Shown here: positions 9,139 to 20,478 of the stretch, piece after piece
Layout of the letters: every line of letters begins with the position of its first letter
Position numbering within the stretch: the first letter of the stretch is position 1
Assembly (NCBI GenBank): GCA_965250285.1
Contig: OZ252299.1
Span: 320,001-384,000, forward strand
Direction: 5' to 3'
Length of the DNA: 64,000 nucleotides
Origin: Myxococcota bacterium
Lineage (GTDB): Bacteria; Myxococcota_A; UBA9160; UBA4427
Translations under genes and position numbers: made by a program
Notes under the pieces: generated by a model
Seen by the model: the letters and a program-made list of their open reading frames with translations, nothing else
What the model was told of the DNA's origin: nothing
The model's database searches: none

Positions 9139-11563
9139 CAGGGCGGCTCGAATCGAGCTCACCGCGCATCTTCACGACGCGCATCAGCGCGGGCGCCAGC
9201 ATCACGTCACACACGAACGCCACCAGACATGCGGCCCCCGCGAGTACGCCGAGCGACCTCGTGTTGCTGAAGCTGCCGAACGCCATCGTGAAGAAGCCCG
9301 AGGCCAGCACGAGCGTCGTCACGAGCATCGCGCTGCCCGTGGTCGAGAGCGTCTCGCGCACCGCGGGCGCAAATTCGCCGCCGCGGGCGTAGTACGTGCG
9401 AAATTTGTGCATGAAGTGGATCGTATCGTCCACGCTGATGCCGATGACCATCGCGCCGATCATCATCGTCGTCGAGTCGAGCTTGATGCCGGCCCAGCCC
9501 ATGATGCCGAGGGTGCAGATGACGGGCAGCAGGTTGGGGATCATGGCCACCAGGCCGAGCCGCAGGCTGCCGAGCAGCAGCATCATGATCGGCGTGATCG
9601 CGGCCAGGGCGAACACGTACGAACGACCCATGCTGACGAGCACGGCGCTGATCGCCTCGGCGAGCACGGCGATCACGCCCGTACTCTCGATCCCGACGTC
9701 GGGGCCCAGGCGCTCGCGGACGCCTGTGCGAATCTCGTCGAGGAAAGGGCCGTAGAGCAGGGCATCGACCCACGGCACGCGCAGCGTCAGGCGCGTTTCA
9801 CGAAAGGTCGGATCGACGATCTCCTCGAGATCATCGTTGCCGCTCTGCTCGAAGAGCAGCAGCTCCTGCGCGACGAGGGCGCGGTCGTCGGGGATCACGG
9901 CCATCTCGGGGCGGTCTTCGTTGAGCGCCCGGTGGATCTCTTTCACGACGTCGGCGAGTGACGTCGCCTTGCCGACTTCGACCGGGCCGGTGCGGTGGGC
10001 TTCGGCCCAAGCCGCGGCATCCTCGATGCGACGAAGCAGGGCCGGATCCTTCAGCCCGTCGGCCTCGCCGCTGTCGATCACGATCTCCATCGAGATCGCA
10101 CCGCCGAGCTCGCCGTCGATCACCTCGTGATAGAGCAGCATGGGCTCGTCGTCGGGAAACCAGTTGAGCGGGCTGTGCGACACCTCGAGCCGCATGATGC
10201 CGAGGACGGCGCCGGCGACGATCACGCCGCTCCCCGCGATCACCGTCCACGGGCGCCGGACCGAGAAGTCTCCCATCGCGAGCAGCCATCCGCGTGCTGC
10301 ACCCACCGCGCCCGTGTGCTTGGGCGCGCGTGCGCGCAGGGGCAGCATCGCGAGCAGGGCCGGCAGCAACACCGCGGTGTAGACGAAGGCGAGCATCACA
10401 CCGATCGGTGCGATCACGCCGAGATCGGCGATCACGGCGAGCTCCGCCGTGATGAACGACGCCATGCCGGCCGCGGTGGTCACGCTCGTCATCAACACGG
10501 CGAGCCCCGAGTGCCCCATCGCCCAGACGATCGCGTCATCTCGGGCGTCGCCGGCATCGAGTCGCTGGTACACGATCGTGAGGATGTGCACGGCGTCGCA
10601 GACCCCGACGGTCAGGAGAAAGACGGGCAGGATCTGCGACGAAACGCTGCCCGGCAGTCCGAGCCAGACCATGATGCCCAGGCTCGTCAGCAGCGACAGC
10701 GTGACCACGAGCACCGGCAGCACCACGCCCGATGCGCGCCGAAAGAGCAGGCCGAGCAGCAAGATGATCGTGGCGAGCGCGAGGGGGAAGAAGACGCCCA
10801 GATCCTGCGTCACGCCGCGGTTGATCGTGTCGGTGAGCGGCAGCGCGCCCGCGTGGTAGAGCACGAAGTCGTCACCCTCGTGGGCTTCGAGCACGGCGCG
10901 CAGCGCCACCATCAGCTCGTCGTTCTCGGGCGCCGTGAGCACTTCGGGCTCGGCCTCGGTGCCGGGCTCGCCGTCGAAGCCCGCGAGGGCGTCGCCCACC
11001 GCGTCCGGCTGGTCGGCCACCGACCACATGAACGGCTTGACGAGCAGCGTCGTGAGGTCGCCGCCGCTGCTGATCAGGGTCTGCTCGTAGAGCGGGTTCG
11101 ACAGCGCGCGCGCGCGCAGCGCCTGACGTTCCGCATTCGTCTCGGGCCAGGTCTCCATCAGCTCGCCGACGATCAGGGTGTCTCCGTCGCCGCGGGTGTC
11201 GCGTGCATTCACGAGGCTGCGCACCTCGTCGACGTAGGGCACCTCCGACTCGAGCGCCTCGTGGAGCGCCCTCAGTCGCTCGAGGCTGTCGGCCGAGAAG
11301 ACGTCCGGCGTGCGGGCGGCGACGATGATCCAGTCGTCACGCCCGTAGCGGTCGCGAAACGAGTCGAGCGCCACGACCACGGGCGCGTCGTCGTGCAGGA
11401 ACGCTTCGACCGAGTTGTCCATGTGAAGCTGCGGCAGCGCGGTCATCGAAGCGCCGGCGAACGCGATCGATGCGGCCACGGCGAGGAACCGATGCCGCAC
11501 GACGAGCCGGGTCCATTCGGTGAAGGCGCGTTCGAAGCCGTCGGTCGCGCTGCGTGTCGACAT
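9125..11563 (-). CDS. MMPL/RND-family lipid transporter
   Basis: Two repeats of TM-large loop-5TM; TVGVCDAVH and GISVDDTIH motifs; start trimmed to ATG 11563. Confidence 0.9.
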   Translation of the reverse strand: MSTRSATDGFERAFTEWTRLVVRHRFLAVAASIAFAGASMTALPQLHMDNSVEAFLHDDAPVVVALDSFRDRYGRDDWIIVAARTPDVFSADSLERLRALHEALESEVPYVDEVRSLVNARDTRGDGDTLIVGELMETWPETNAERQALRARALSNPLYEQTLISSGGDLTTLLVKPFMWSVADQPDAVGDALAGFDGEPGTEAEPEVLTAPENDELMVALRAVLEAHEGDDFVLYHAGALPLTDTINRGVTQDLGVFFPLALATIILLLGLLFRRASGVVLPVLVVTLSLLTSLGIMVWLGLPGSVSSQILPVFLLTVGVCDAVHILTIVYQRLDAGDARDDAIVWAMGHSGLAVLMTSVTTAAGMASFITAELAVIADLGVIAPIGVMLAFVYTAVLLPALLAMLPLRARAPKHTGAVGAARGWLLAMGDFSVRRPWTVIAGSGVIVAGAVLGIMRLEVSHSPLNWFPDDEPMLLYHEVIDGELGGAISMEIVIDSGEADGLKDPALLRRIEDAAAWAEAHRTGPVEVGKATSLADVVKEIHRALNEDRPEMAVIPDDRALVAQELLLFEQSGNDDLEEIVDPTFRETRLTLRVPWVDALLYGPFLDEIRTGVRERLGPDVGIESTGVIAVLAEAISAVLVSMGRSYVFALAAITPIMMLLLGSLRLGLVAMIPNLLPVICTLGIMGWAGIKLDSTTMMIGAMVIGISVDDTIHFMHKFRTYYARGGEFAPAVRETLSTTGSAMLVTTLVLASGFFTMAFGSFSNTRSLGVLAGAACLVAFVCDVMLAPALMRVVKMRGELDSSRPDATA

Positions 11564-11886
11564 GGTCGTGCCCCTGTTGCTCCGCGCGCGGTCGACGCCG
11601 GAGCCATCGGGCGCCCAGCCTATTCGTGAGGAAAGGATCGCTCGCGCAGCATACGGCTGCGCACGCGACACCGAGCCGTGGCCGTCTCGCGGTGGCGAAG
11701 CAGAGCGCGTGCGGCAGCCGGGCTGCAACGCCTTGGGGCACCGCGTCGGAATGGACACGGTCGCCGGGCGCGGATGCATTCGCATCGTCTCGCGCGTCGC
11801 CTAGATTTGCGCCTCGATCCGCGATCCGCCCCGTGCGGTTCGCTCGCCCCCCGGCACGGCCGCGCCGTGCCTTCGAGGAGACGCCC

Positions 11887-12864
11887 GTGGCCCACCCGAG
11901 ACCGTTCCAGTTCGGTGTACAGAGCTTCAGCGCCGACAGCGCCACCCAGTGGAAGGATCGCGCCCGCCGCGCCGAAGACCTCGGGTACTACGCGCTCACC
12001 CTCGCCGATCACTTCCTGGGCCCAGGACCCGCGCTCGACAGCACGATGCATCCCCTCCAGACGCTCGCCCCCGTGCCGGCGATGACGCTCGCCGCCGAGG
12101 TGACGTCGACGCTGCGCATCGGCAGCCGGGTCTTCTGCATGGACTACCGGCACCCGGTGATGCTGGCCAAGGAGGCGGCGACGCTCGATCTGCTCTCCGA
12201 GGGGCGCCTCGACTTCGGGATCGGCGCCGGCTGGCTGAAGGCCGAGTACGAAGCCGCCGGCATGACCTTCGATCGTCCCGGCCTGCGCATCTCGCGCCTC
12301 GAGGAATCGATCGCGTTGATCAAGCAGATCTGGAGTGGCGAGCCCGTCGATCACCACGGCGAGTTCTTCGAGGCGACGGGCTTCACCGGTGCGCCCGTGC
12401 CATCGGCTGCGTCGAACATCCGCTGGATGGTGGGTGGGGGTGGCAAGCGCGTATTGACGGTTGCCGCGAGAGAGGCCGACATCGTCAGCTTCAACTTCGA
12501 CAATCGGTCGGGGGTTCTCGGCAAGGAGGGCGCGCTCAGCGGTACGCCCGAACGCACCGCCGAGAAGATCGGTTGGGTGCGTGACGCAGCGGGCGATCGC
12601 TTCGACGATCTCGTGCTCGAGATCGGCGCCTACTTCACCTTCGTGATGGACGATCCCACGCCGGTCGCCGAGGGTATGGGGGGCCTCTTCGGTTTGAGCG
12701 CCGAAGAGATGGTGAAGCATCCGCACGCCCTGATGGGCGGGGTGGACGCGATCTGCGACGAGCTCGAGCGCCGACGCGAGGAGTTCGGTCTGCACTACTT
12801 CACGGTGGGCGACGAGCAGTTCGAAGCCTTCGCGCCCGTCGTCGCGCGCCTCGCCGGCAAGTAG
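11887..12864 (+). CDS. LLM-class (probably F420-dependent) oxidoreductase
   Basis: AEDLGY..LTLADH, DYRHPVMLAKEAATLDLLSEGRLDFGIGAGW; GAGGAG RBS before GTG 11887. Confidence 0.88.
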   Translation: MAHPRPFQFGVQSFSADSATQWKDRARRAEDLGYYALTLADHFLGPGPALDSTMHPLQTLAPVPAMTLAAEVTSTLRIGSRVFCMDYRHPVMLAKEAATLDLLSEGRLDFGIGAGWLKAEYEAAGMTFDRPGLRISRLEESIALIKQIWSGEPVDHHGEFFEATGFTGAPVPSAASNIRWMVGGGGKRVLTVAAREADIVSFNFDNRSGVLGKEGALSGTPERTAEKIGWVRDAAGDRFDDLVLEIGAYFTFVMDDPTPVAEGMGGLFGLSAEEMVKHPHALMGGVDAICDELERRREEFGLHYFTVGDEQFEAFAPVVARLAGK

Positions 12865-12891
12865 CCGAGGCACTGCGTCGGGAGCGCGTCG

Positions 12892-14127
12892 TCAGCTACG
12901 GAAGAGCGCGCGCAGCGCGTCGGCCAAAGCGACGTAGTCGTCGGGCTCGTTGTAGAGCGCAGCCGATATTCGGATCAAGCGGCCGGGATGCGCGTCGCAG
13001 CCGAAGACCGGCACCTCGATGCCGTCGCTCTCGAGCAGGCGAGCGCGCACGGGGTCGCGCTCGATTGCCGATCGCGCGGTCGCATCGCCGAAGGCCCCGC
13101 CCGGTGGCAGCGGCAGCGTCGCCATGCATCCGATCATCTCGTCGCCGCACGGCGCCTCGATGTCGAGGGCCTCGCACAGCTGATCGCGCCCGAAGATCGC
13201 GAGTGCGTGATTGCGCCGGCGAATCTCGGGCCAGCCGCCCTCGACGAGCGCGCCCAGCGTCTCGATCACGGCCGGAACGCAGAGCGCGGCGGTCGGGTCG
13301 ACGGTGCCGGGCCAGTCGAACTCGGCATGGAAGCGCTCGCTCGGCTCGTCGAGGCCGTGTCCGTGGCTGACGATGGCGTTGTGGGTGTCGGCCACGCGGT
13401 CGGCGCGGGCCCAGAGAAAGCCTGCGCTCTTCGGTGCGCAGAGCCATTTGTGACAGTTGCCGGCATACCAGGCCGGCGCGAGCGCTTCGATGTCGAGGCC
13501 GACCTGGCCCGGCGCATGGGCGCCGTCGACGATCACGTCGATGCCCCGCGCATCGAGCGTGCGCACGATGCGCTCGATCGGCAGGATCAGCGCAGTCTGG
13601 CTGGTGACGTGATCGACGATGGCGACCCGCGTGCGTTCAGTGACCGCAGCGAGCAGACCGTCGACCACCGCGTCGTCGTCGACACCGACGAAGGGCAGGT
13701 CGGCGACGACGCAGCACGCGCCCGCGCGGCGCGACAGCACCTCGGCGATCTGTCGCGTGGCGTTGTACTCGTGGTTCGTCACGAGCACCTCGTCGCCGGG
13801 CTGCAGCGCGACCGACCCGAGGGCCGAGTTGAGCGCGACGGTGACGTTCGTCGTGAAGACGAGCCGCTCGGCGTCGGCGCCGATGAACGCGCCGAGTGCC
13901 CGCCGGGCCACGCGCAGGCGCGGTGCGATCTCGGCGTAAAACGCACCGGGCTGGCGCTCGAGCTCGTCGCGCAGCTCGATCTGCGTCGCGAGTACCTTCC
14001 GCGGGCAGGCGCCGTACGACGCGTGGTTCAGGTGTACGACCTCGGGATCGAGCTGCCAGTGCGGTCGAAGACCACCTGCGAGCGCGCTGCTCGCGATCTG
14101 CGTCGTCGTCGTTTCGCCTGCGCTCAT
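12892..14127 (-). CDS. class V PLP enzyme (isopenicillin-N epimerase / EgtE-like C-S lyase family)
   Basis: HLNHASYGACP, DHVTSQT, VDGAHAPG, GNCHKWLCAPK (PLP lysine). Confidence 0.88.
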   Translation of the reverse strand: MSAGETTTTQIASSALAGGLRPHWQLDPEVVHLNHASYGACPRKVLATQIELRDELERQPGAFYAEIAPRLRVARRALGAFIGADAERLVFTTNVTVALNSALGSVALQPGDEVLVTNHEYNATRQIAEVLSRRAGACCVVADLPFVGVDDDAVVDGLLAAVTERTRVAIVDHVTSQTALILPIERIVRTLDARGIDVIVDGAHAPGQVGLDIEALAPAWYAGNCHKWLCAPKSAGFLWARADRVADTHNAIVSHGHGLDEPSERFHAEFDWPGTVDPTAALCVPAVIETLGALVEGGWPEIRRRNHALAIFGRDQLCEALDIEAPCGDEMIGCMATLPLPPGGAFGDATARSAIERDPVRARLLESDGIEVPVFGCDAHPGRLIRISAALYNEPDDYVALADALRALFRS

Positions 14128-14192
14128 CGATTCTTCCCGACTTCGGCGACGCCGTGTCGCGCTCGCCCGATGATCGCACAGCGCGCTCCTAG

Positions 14193-15476
<1,284 letters not shown>

Positions 15477-15486
15477 GAGCCTCGCG

Positions 15487-16647
15487 ATGGAGTTCGAATG
15501 GGAGCCCGAGTACCGCACGTTCAGGGACGAGCTGCGTGCCTTCATCGGAGAATGGCGGACGCCCGAGCTGCTGAAGGAGTACGCCGAAACCTACGGTGCT
15601 GGCGGTGACCGGATCCACGCCTTTCACCGGGCGATGGACGAGCGGGGCTACATGCGCATGTGCTGGGCACCCGAGTACGGCGGCGACGGCCGGAACCTGC
15701 TCTATCAGTACATCTTCGTCGAAGAGATGGAGTACTGGGGCATGCCGTACGGCAACCTCACCTTCACGTCGATCGCGCCGGCGATCCAGGCCTTCGGCAC
15801 TGAAGCGCAGAAGAGTGAGTGGCTCCCGGGGATCTACAAGGGCGAGCTCACGTTCGCGATCGGCTACAGCGAGCCGAATGCGGGCACCGACCTCGCGAGC
15901 TTGCGCACCCGGGCCGAGCGAGACGGCGACGAGTGGGTCATCAACGGCCAGAAGATCTGGACCTCACTCGCCGACGTCTCGACGCACATCTGGCTCGCCG
16001 CCCGCACCGACGCCGACGCGGCCAAGCACGCCGGCATCTCGTTGATCGTCGTCCCGACCCAGAGCGAGGGCGTGACGATCCGACCGCTCTACACGATGTA
16101 CGGCGGCCACACGTGCGAGACGTTCTACGACGACGTGCGCGTGCCGGTGACGAACCTCGTCGGTCCCGAGAATGGTGGCTGGGGGATCATCATGCACGCC
16201 CTCAACCACGAGCGCGTTGCGCTCGCCGCGACGGGGGCGCTGGCGCGCATCTTCGATCAACTCGTGGCGCATCTCGAGGCCGAGCGCCCCGGCCAGCTCG
16301 AGGATCCGCGCACGCGCCTGCGCCTCGCCGAGCTCGAGCTGGAGATCCGAGAGCATCGCGCGCTCGCACTGCAGAACGCTTGGATCATCGCCCAGGGCGG
16401 GACGCCCATCGCCGAGGCGTCCATGGCGAAGGTCTCGGGCACCGAGCTGCGCACGCGCCTTGCGAGCGCGGCGATGGATCTGCTCGGGCGACGGGGCAGC
16501 ATCACCGCCGAGTCGGGGGATGCCGCGCCCTTCGAAGGGCGCGCCGAGTTCAACTACCGCCTCTCTCCGATCTTCCGCTTCGGCGGTGGCACGAACGAGG
16601 TGCAGCGAGACATCGTGGCCGGCGCCGGCCTCGGGATGCCGCGCTGA
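15487..16647 (+). CDS. acyl-CoA dehydrogenase alpha subunit (FadE26/ChsE4-like)
   Basis: FAIGYSEPNAGTDLASLRT, GQKIWTS, LNHERVAL (catalytic Glu), FGGGTNEVQRDIVA..GLGMPR. Confidence 0.9.
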   Translation: MEFEWEPEYRTFRDELRAFIGEWRTPELLKEYAETYGAGGDRIHAFHRAMDERGYMRMCWAPEYGGDGRNLLYQYIFVEEMEYWGMPYGNLTFTSIAPAIQAFGTEAQKSEWLPGIYKGELTFAIGYSEPNAGTDLASLRTRAERDGDEWVINGQKIWTSLADVSTHIWLAARTDADAAKHAGISLIVVPTQSEGVTIRPLYTMYGGHTCETFYDDVRVPVTNLVGPENGGWGIIMHALNHERVALAATGALARIFDQLVAHLEAERPGQLEDPRTRLRLAELELEIREHRALALQNAWIIAQGGTPIAEASMAKVSGTELRTRLASAAMDLLGRRGSITAESGDAAPFEGRAEFNYRLSPIFRFGGGTNEVQRDIVAGAGLGMPR

Positions 16648-16657
16648 GGAGGCCGTG

Positions 16658-17749
16658 ATGGATCTCGAGCTCACCGAGACGCAGTCGCTCCTGCGCGACA
16701 CCGTGACCCAGTACCTCGAGCAGGAGGTGCCGTTCGATCGCATCCGCGAGCTCGAGCGCGAACGGCGCAGCGACGAAGCCCTCTGGAAGGCGGTGTGCGA
16801 GCAGGGTTGGATCGGGGTTTCGATCGGCGAGACGTTCGGCGGCGTCGGTGGTTCGCTCGTCGATCTCGGGCTGGTCGTCGAAGCGATCGCGCGCAGAGCG
16901 GCGCTGGTGCCGATTCTCGAGGTGGCGACGTGCGCGTGGGTCATCGAGCGCAGCGCCCACGAGGACGTCGCCCGCCGTCTGCTCGGCGGGATCCTCGAGG
17001 GCAGCGTGGTCGTCGTGCCCGCGCTGCTCGAAGACGGTGATCGCTTCGACGAATGCGCCACGACGTGGACCGCCGAAGGCGCCGTGGACGGTCACAAGAC
17101 CTTCGTCGATCACGCCGAGATCGCGACGCATCACCTGGTGCGTGCCGTCGGGCCCGAGGGTCCGGTGTTGGCGCTCGTCGATGCGCGAGCCGACGGCGTC
17201 GCGATGACGTCGCTCGCCAACGTCGGCTGGACCCCGTCGTCGCGCGTCGTCTATGCGGGGGCTCCCGGCGAGGTGGTCGCAGCCGGCGACGACGCGGTGG
17301 CGGCATTGCTGCGGCTCGGCCGCGCGCTGGCCGCCGTGCAGATCGTCGGCTCGATGGCCTCGAGTCTCGACGGCTCGGTCGAGTACGCCAAGGTGCGCGA
17401 GCAGTTCGGAAAGCCGATCGGCAGCTTCCAGGCCGTCCGCCATCATGCGGCGAACATGGCGAGCCGGGTGGCGAGCGCGCGCCTGCTCTCATTCGAAGCG
17501 CTCTCGCGCATCGACGCGGGCGTCGCCGCCGATCGCGAGGTCGCCGCTGCCAAGGCGTCCGCCTCGCGAGCTGCGCCCGAGGTCACGATGCTCGCGCATC
17601 AGATCTTCGGAGGGAACGGCGTCATCCTCGAGAACGACCACTACTTCTTCACGCTGCGGGCCCGCGAGCGGGCCAGCGCCTGGGGCACGGTCGACGAGTG
17701 CCTCGCCGTGCTCGCGAGCGACGTGCGCGCCGACCAGGACTGGCTCTGA
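16658..17749 (+). CDS. acyl-CoA dehydrogenase beta subunit (FadE27/ChsE5-like)
   Basis: REQFGKPIGSFQAVRH and HQIFGGNG are present but SEPxAG and GGTNE are missing; starts 10 bp after the alpha subunit. Confidence 0.85.
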   Translation: MDLELTETQSLLRDTVTQYLEQEVPFDRIRELERERRSDEALWKAVCEQGWIGVSIGETFGGVGGSLVDLGLVVEAIARRAALVPILEVATCAWVIERSAHEDVARRLLGGILEGSVVVVPALLEDGDRFDECATTWTAEGAVDGHKTFVDHAEIATHHLVRAVGPEGPVLALVDARADGVAMTSLANVGWTPSSRVVYAGAPGEVVAAGDDAVAALLRLGRALAAVQIVGSMASSLDGSVEYAKVREQFGKPIGSFQAVRHHAANMASRVASARLLSFEALSRIDAGVAADREVAAAKASASRAAPEVTMLAHQIFGGNGVILENDHYFFTLRARERASAWGTVDECLAVLASDVRADQDWL

Positions 17750-17816
17750 GCCAAGTCGTCCGTCGTCTGGATTGACATCGAACCGCGTACGCCACCGCGC
17801 GCGGATGGAGGACCGA

Positions 17817-18638
17817 GTGTCCGAGACCGAACCGCATCTGCTCGTCGAGCGCCGCGAAGACGGCGTCATGATCCTCACGATGAACCGGCCGAAGCAGAAG
17901 AACGCGCTGAGCCCCGAGATGCTCGTGCGGCTCAACGAGGCGTGGCACGAGTTTCGTGACTCGAGTGACTTGCGCGTCGCGATCCTGACGGGCGCCGGGG
18001 AGACCGACTTCTGCGCCGGCGGCGATCTCAAGCTCACGATGCCGCTCATGACGGGCGCGCGTCAGCCAGAGAGCGAGTGGGATCATCGCCTGATGGGCAA
18101 CTTGAAGCAGTTCACAGACGCGATCCTGCGCGGCTTCGAACTCTACAAGCCGGTCATCGCTGCGGTGAACGGCAATGCGCTCGGCGGCGGGACCGAGATG
18201 ACGAACGCCTGCGACATTCGAGTCGCTTCGGACAACGCGGTGTTCGGTACGCCCGAAGCCAAGGTCGGGCTGTTGCCGGGGGGCGGATCGATCACGCGGC
18301 TGCCGCGCCAGATCCCGTACGCCAAGATGATGGAGATTCTGTTGATCGGCGACCCGTTCAGCGCCGAGGCCGCGCTCGAGATGGGCTTCGTCAACGCGGT
18401 CGTTCCCCGGGCACAGCTGCTCGACAAGGCACTCGATTACGCCGCTCGACTCGCCGAGAATGGGCCCCTCGCCGTCCGCAAGATCAAAGAGGGGGTCATT
18501 CGATCGAGTGGCCTGCCGATGGATCAAGCCCTCGCGATCGAAGACGAGGTGTCGGCCGTCGTGATGACTTCGAAGGACGCCCGCGAGGGGCCGCGCGCGT
18601 TCGCCGAGAAGCGCAAGCCGCACTTCATCGGCGAGTAG
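17817..18638 (+). CDS. enoyl-CoA hydratase (EchA19-like)
   Basis: MNRP..KNAL, FCAGGDLK, ALGGGTE, PEAKVGLLPGGG, EGPRAFAEKR; GGAGGA RBS before GTG. Confidence 0.88.
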   Translation: MSETEPHLLVERREDGVMILTMNRPKQKNALSPEMLVRLNEAWHEFRDSSDLRVAILTGAGETDFCAGGDLKLTMPLMTGARQPESEWDHRLMGNLKQFTDAILRGFELYKPVIAAVNGNALGGGTEMTNACDIRVASDNAVFGTPEAKVGLLPGGGSITRLPRQIPYAKMMEILLIGDPFSAEAALEMGFVNAVVPRAQLLDKALDYAARLAENGPLAVRKIKEGVIRSSGLPMDQALAIEDEVSAVVMTSKDAREGPRAFAEKRKPHFIGE

Positions 18639-18671
18639 GGGCGCGGGTCCCGACGCGAGGAGGTCTCGTCC

Positions 18672-19718
18672 GTGCGCAAGAAGTGGGGCCGCATCCGCGG
18701 GTACCTCGACGAGATCGAAGAAGACATGCGCATTGCCGGCGAGCGTCTGGCCGAGGCCGAGCGCCTGTCGTCCGACGCCTGGGAGAAGGCGTCCTGGCAT
18801 CGCCGCCTGCGCACACACGCCGCGGGCGAGATCGTGCGCCGCGCGCTCGACGTTCCTTTTCTCGGCGAGCTCGTGCGGCTCGCGTGGAAGGTGGGGCCCG
18901 ACCTCTCGCCCGACGCGCCGGATTTCGATGGCACGCCGTGGGTGGAGGGCGAGCGGACGCACCGATACGACGAGCCGTCCGAGACCGAGCGCGAGCCGTT
19001 CGAGGCGCCCGCGGCGGCGATTCCGGCCGAGGCCCCGGCGCGCCTGCGGGCGGCCGAACGCGCGCTCGCGCACCGCACCCGCTCGCTCGTCGTCGCCCTC
19101 GACAACCTCGTCAGCCCGCGCAACGCCTCGGCCATCGTGCGCACGGCGGACGCCCTCGGCTTGCAAGAGGTGCATGTGATCCAGCCCACCGGCCAGCACC
19201 GCATCGAGCGCACGCTGACGATGCGCTCCGAGCGCTGGGTCGACCTCACGTGGTACCGCGACACCGACGCCTTCATCGAAGCGATGCGCTCAGCGGGGCG
19301 GCGGATCCTCGTCGCCGACTTCGGCGAGGATTCGAAGCCGATCGAGACCGTGCCGCTCAGCGACCGAGTCGTGTTGGTGGTCGGGAGCGAGCAGCGCGGC
19401 GTGAGCGACGCACTGCGCGAGGCCGCCGACGGTCACTTCTTTCTGCCGACCGTCGGCTTCACTTCTTACTTCAACGTCTCGGTGGCGACGGCGATCTCGT
19501 GCTGGACCCTCGATCGTCGCATGCGTGAGGAGGGGCGGCGGTCGCCCCTCGATCCCGAGGATCGTGCCCGCGTGCGCGCGGTCTGGTACGACCGACTCGC
19601 CAAGGGCAATCCGGGTCGGGCGGCGCTGCATCGCGCGTTCCTCGACGACCCGCCCAAACCGGCGGCCGCCGTGCGCGAGAAGAATCAGCACACACCGATG
19701 GGCGACGACGAGGGCTGA
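18672..19718 (+). CDS. TrmH/SpoU family RNA 2'-O-methyltransferase with N-terminal extension
   Basis: RTRSLVVALDNL..PRNASAIVRTADALG, GSEQRG, PTVGFTSYFNVSVA. Confidence 0.8.
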   Translation: MRKKWGRIRGYLDEIEEDMRIAGERLAEAERLSSDAWEKASWHRRLRTHAAGEIVRRALDVPFLGELVRLAWKVGPDLSPDAPDFDGTPWVEGERTHRYDEPSETEREPFEAPAAAIPAEAPARLRAAERALAHRTRSLVVALDNLVSPRNASAIVRTADALGLQEVHVIQPTGQHRIERTLTMRSERWVDLTWYRDTDAFIEAMRSAGRRILVADFGEDSKPIETVPLSDRVVLVVGSEQRGVSDALREAADGHFFLPTVGFTSYFNVSVATAISCWTLDRRMREEGRRSPLDPEDRARVRAVWYDRLAKGNPGRAALHRAFLDDPPKPAAAVREKNQHTPMGDDEG

Positions 19719-19727
19719 CTCGTCGAC

Positions 19728-20270
19728 TCAGAAGCGGTATCGCAACGTCACGAACTGCCAGCTGAACGCCCAGTTGTTGCCCGCGTTGCGCGTGAGGATC
19801 GGGTTGAACATCACGTCACTGCCGATATAGACGTGATCGCTCACCGGGACTTCGGCGCCGAAGCCCATGTTCATCGTGAAGTCGGTCGCCTTCGCGCCGT
19901 TGATCTTCGTGTACACCAGGCCGGCGCCGCCCTGGACGAAGGGCTCGACCCGGTTGAAGCGCGTGCGCCGAAGGAAGTCGAACGAGTAGCGGATGTTCGC
20001 GGTGAAGATCAGGTTGACGGCTTCCTGGCCGAAGCCCACCTGCATCCAGGGGCCGATGGCAAAGTGCTCGGTGAGGTGGATCGGGAGGTCGAAGCCGAAC
20101 TCGTACAGTCCGTTCGACGAGCTCAGCTTCTGGAAGCCCATGTTCGCGCCCATGCTGACGGTCGGATAGGACGACTCGTCCTGTGCGCGGGCCGGCGTGG
20201 TGGCCACCGCCACGAGGGTGAGGGCGAGAAGCAACGTCCCGCCGCGGTGCACTCGTTCGATCTTCGTCAT
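19728..20270 (-). CDS. outer-membrane beta-barrel protein
   Basis: Signal peptide ending ARA-Q, amphipathic strands, PFVQGGAGL, C-terminal TLRYRF. Confidence 0.75.
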   Translation of the reverse strand: MTKIERVHRGGTLLLALTLVAVATTPARAQDESSYPTVSMGANMGFQKLSSSNGLYEFGFDLPIHLTEHFAIGPWMQVGFGQEAVNLIFTANIRYSFDFLRRTRFNRVEPFVQGGAGLVYTKINGAKATDFTMNMGFGAEVPVSDHVYIGSDVMFNPILTRNAGNNWAFSWQFVTLRYRF

Positions 20271-20478
20271 GACAGGTCCCCGTTGGAGCGGCTCGGCATC
20301 GCTTCGACCTCCGGCGCAGCCTTCGCAGCGCGCCGCATCGCGCGAAGGCGGGCGAAACATCGGAGACACGGGGGATCGCCGCAAGACGGCATCGCGACTG
20401 CGGTGCCCCGCGTCGACGAATCTGCGGGTAGAATGAGTCGGTCTGGCAGCCACGCCGGCTGCGGCGGAGGTCGAAGCG

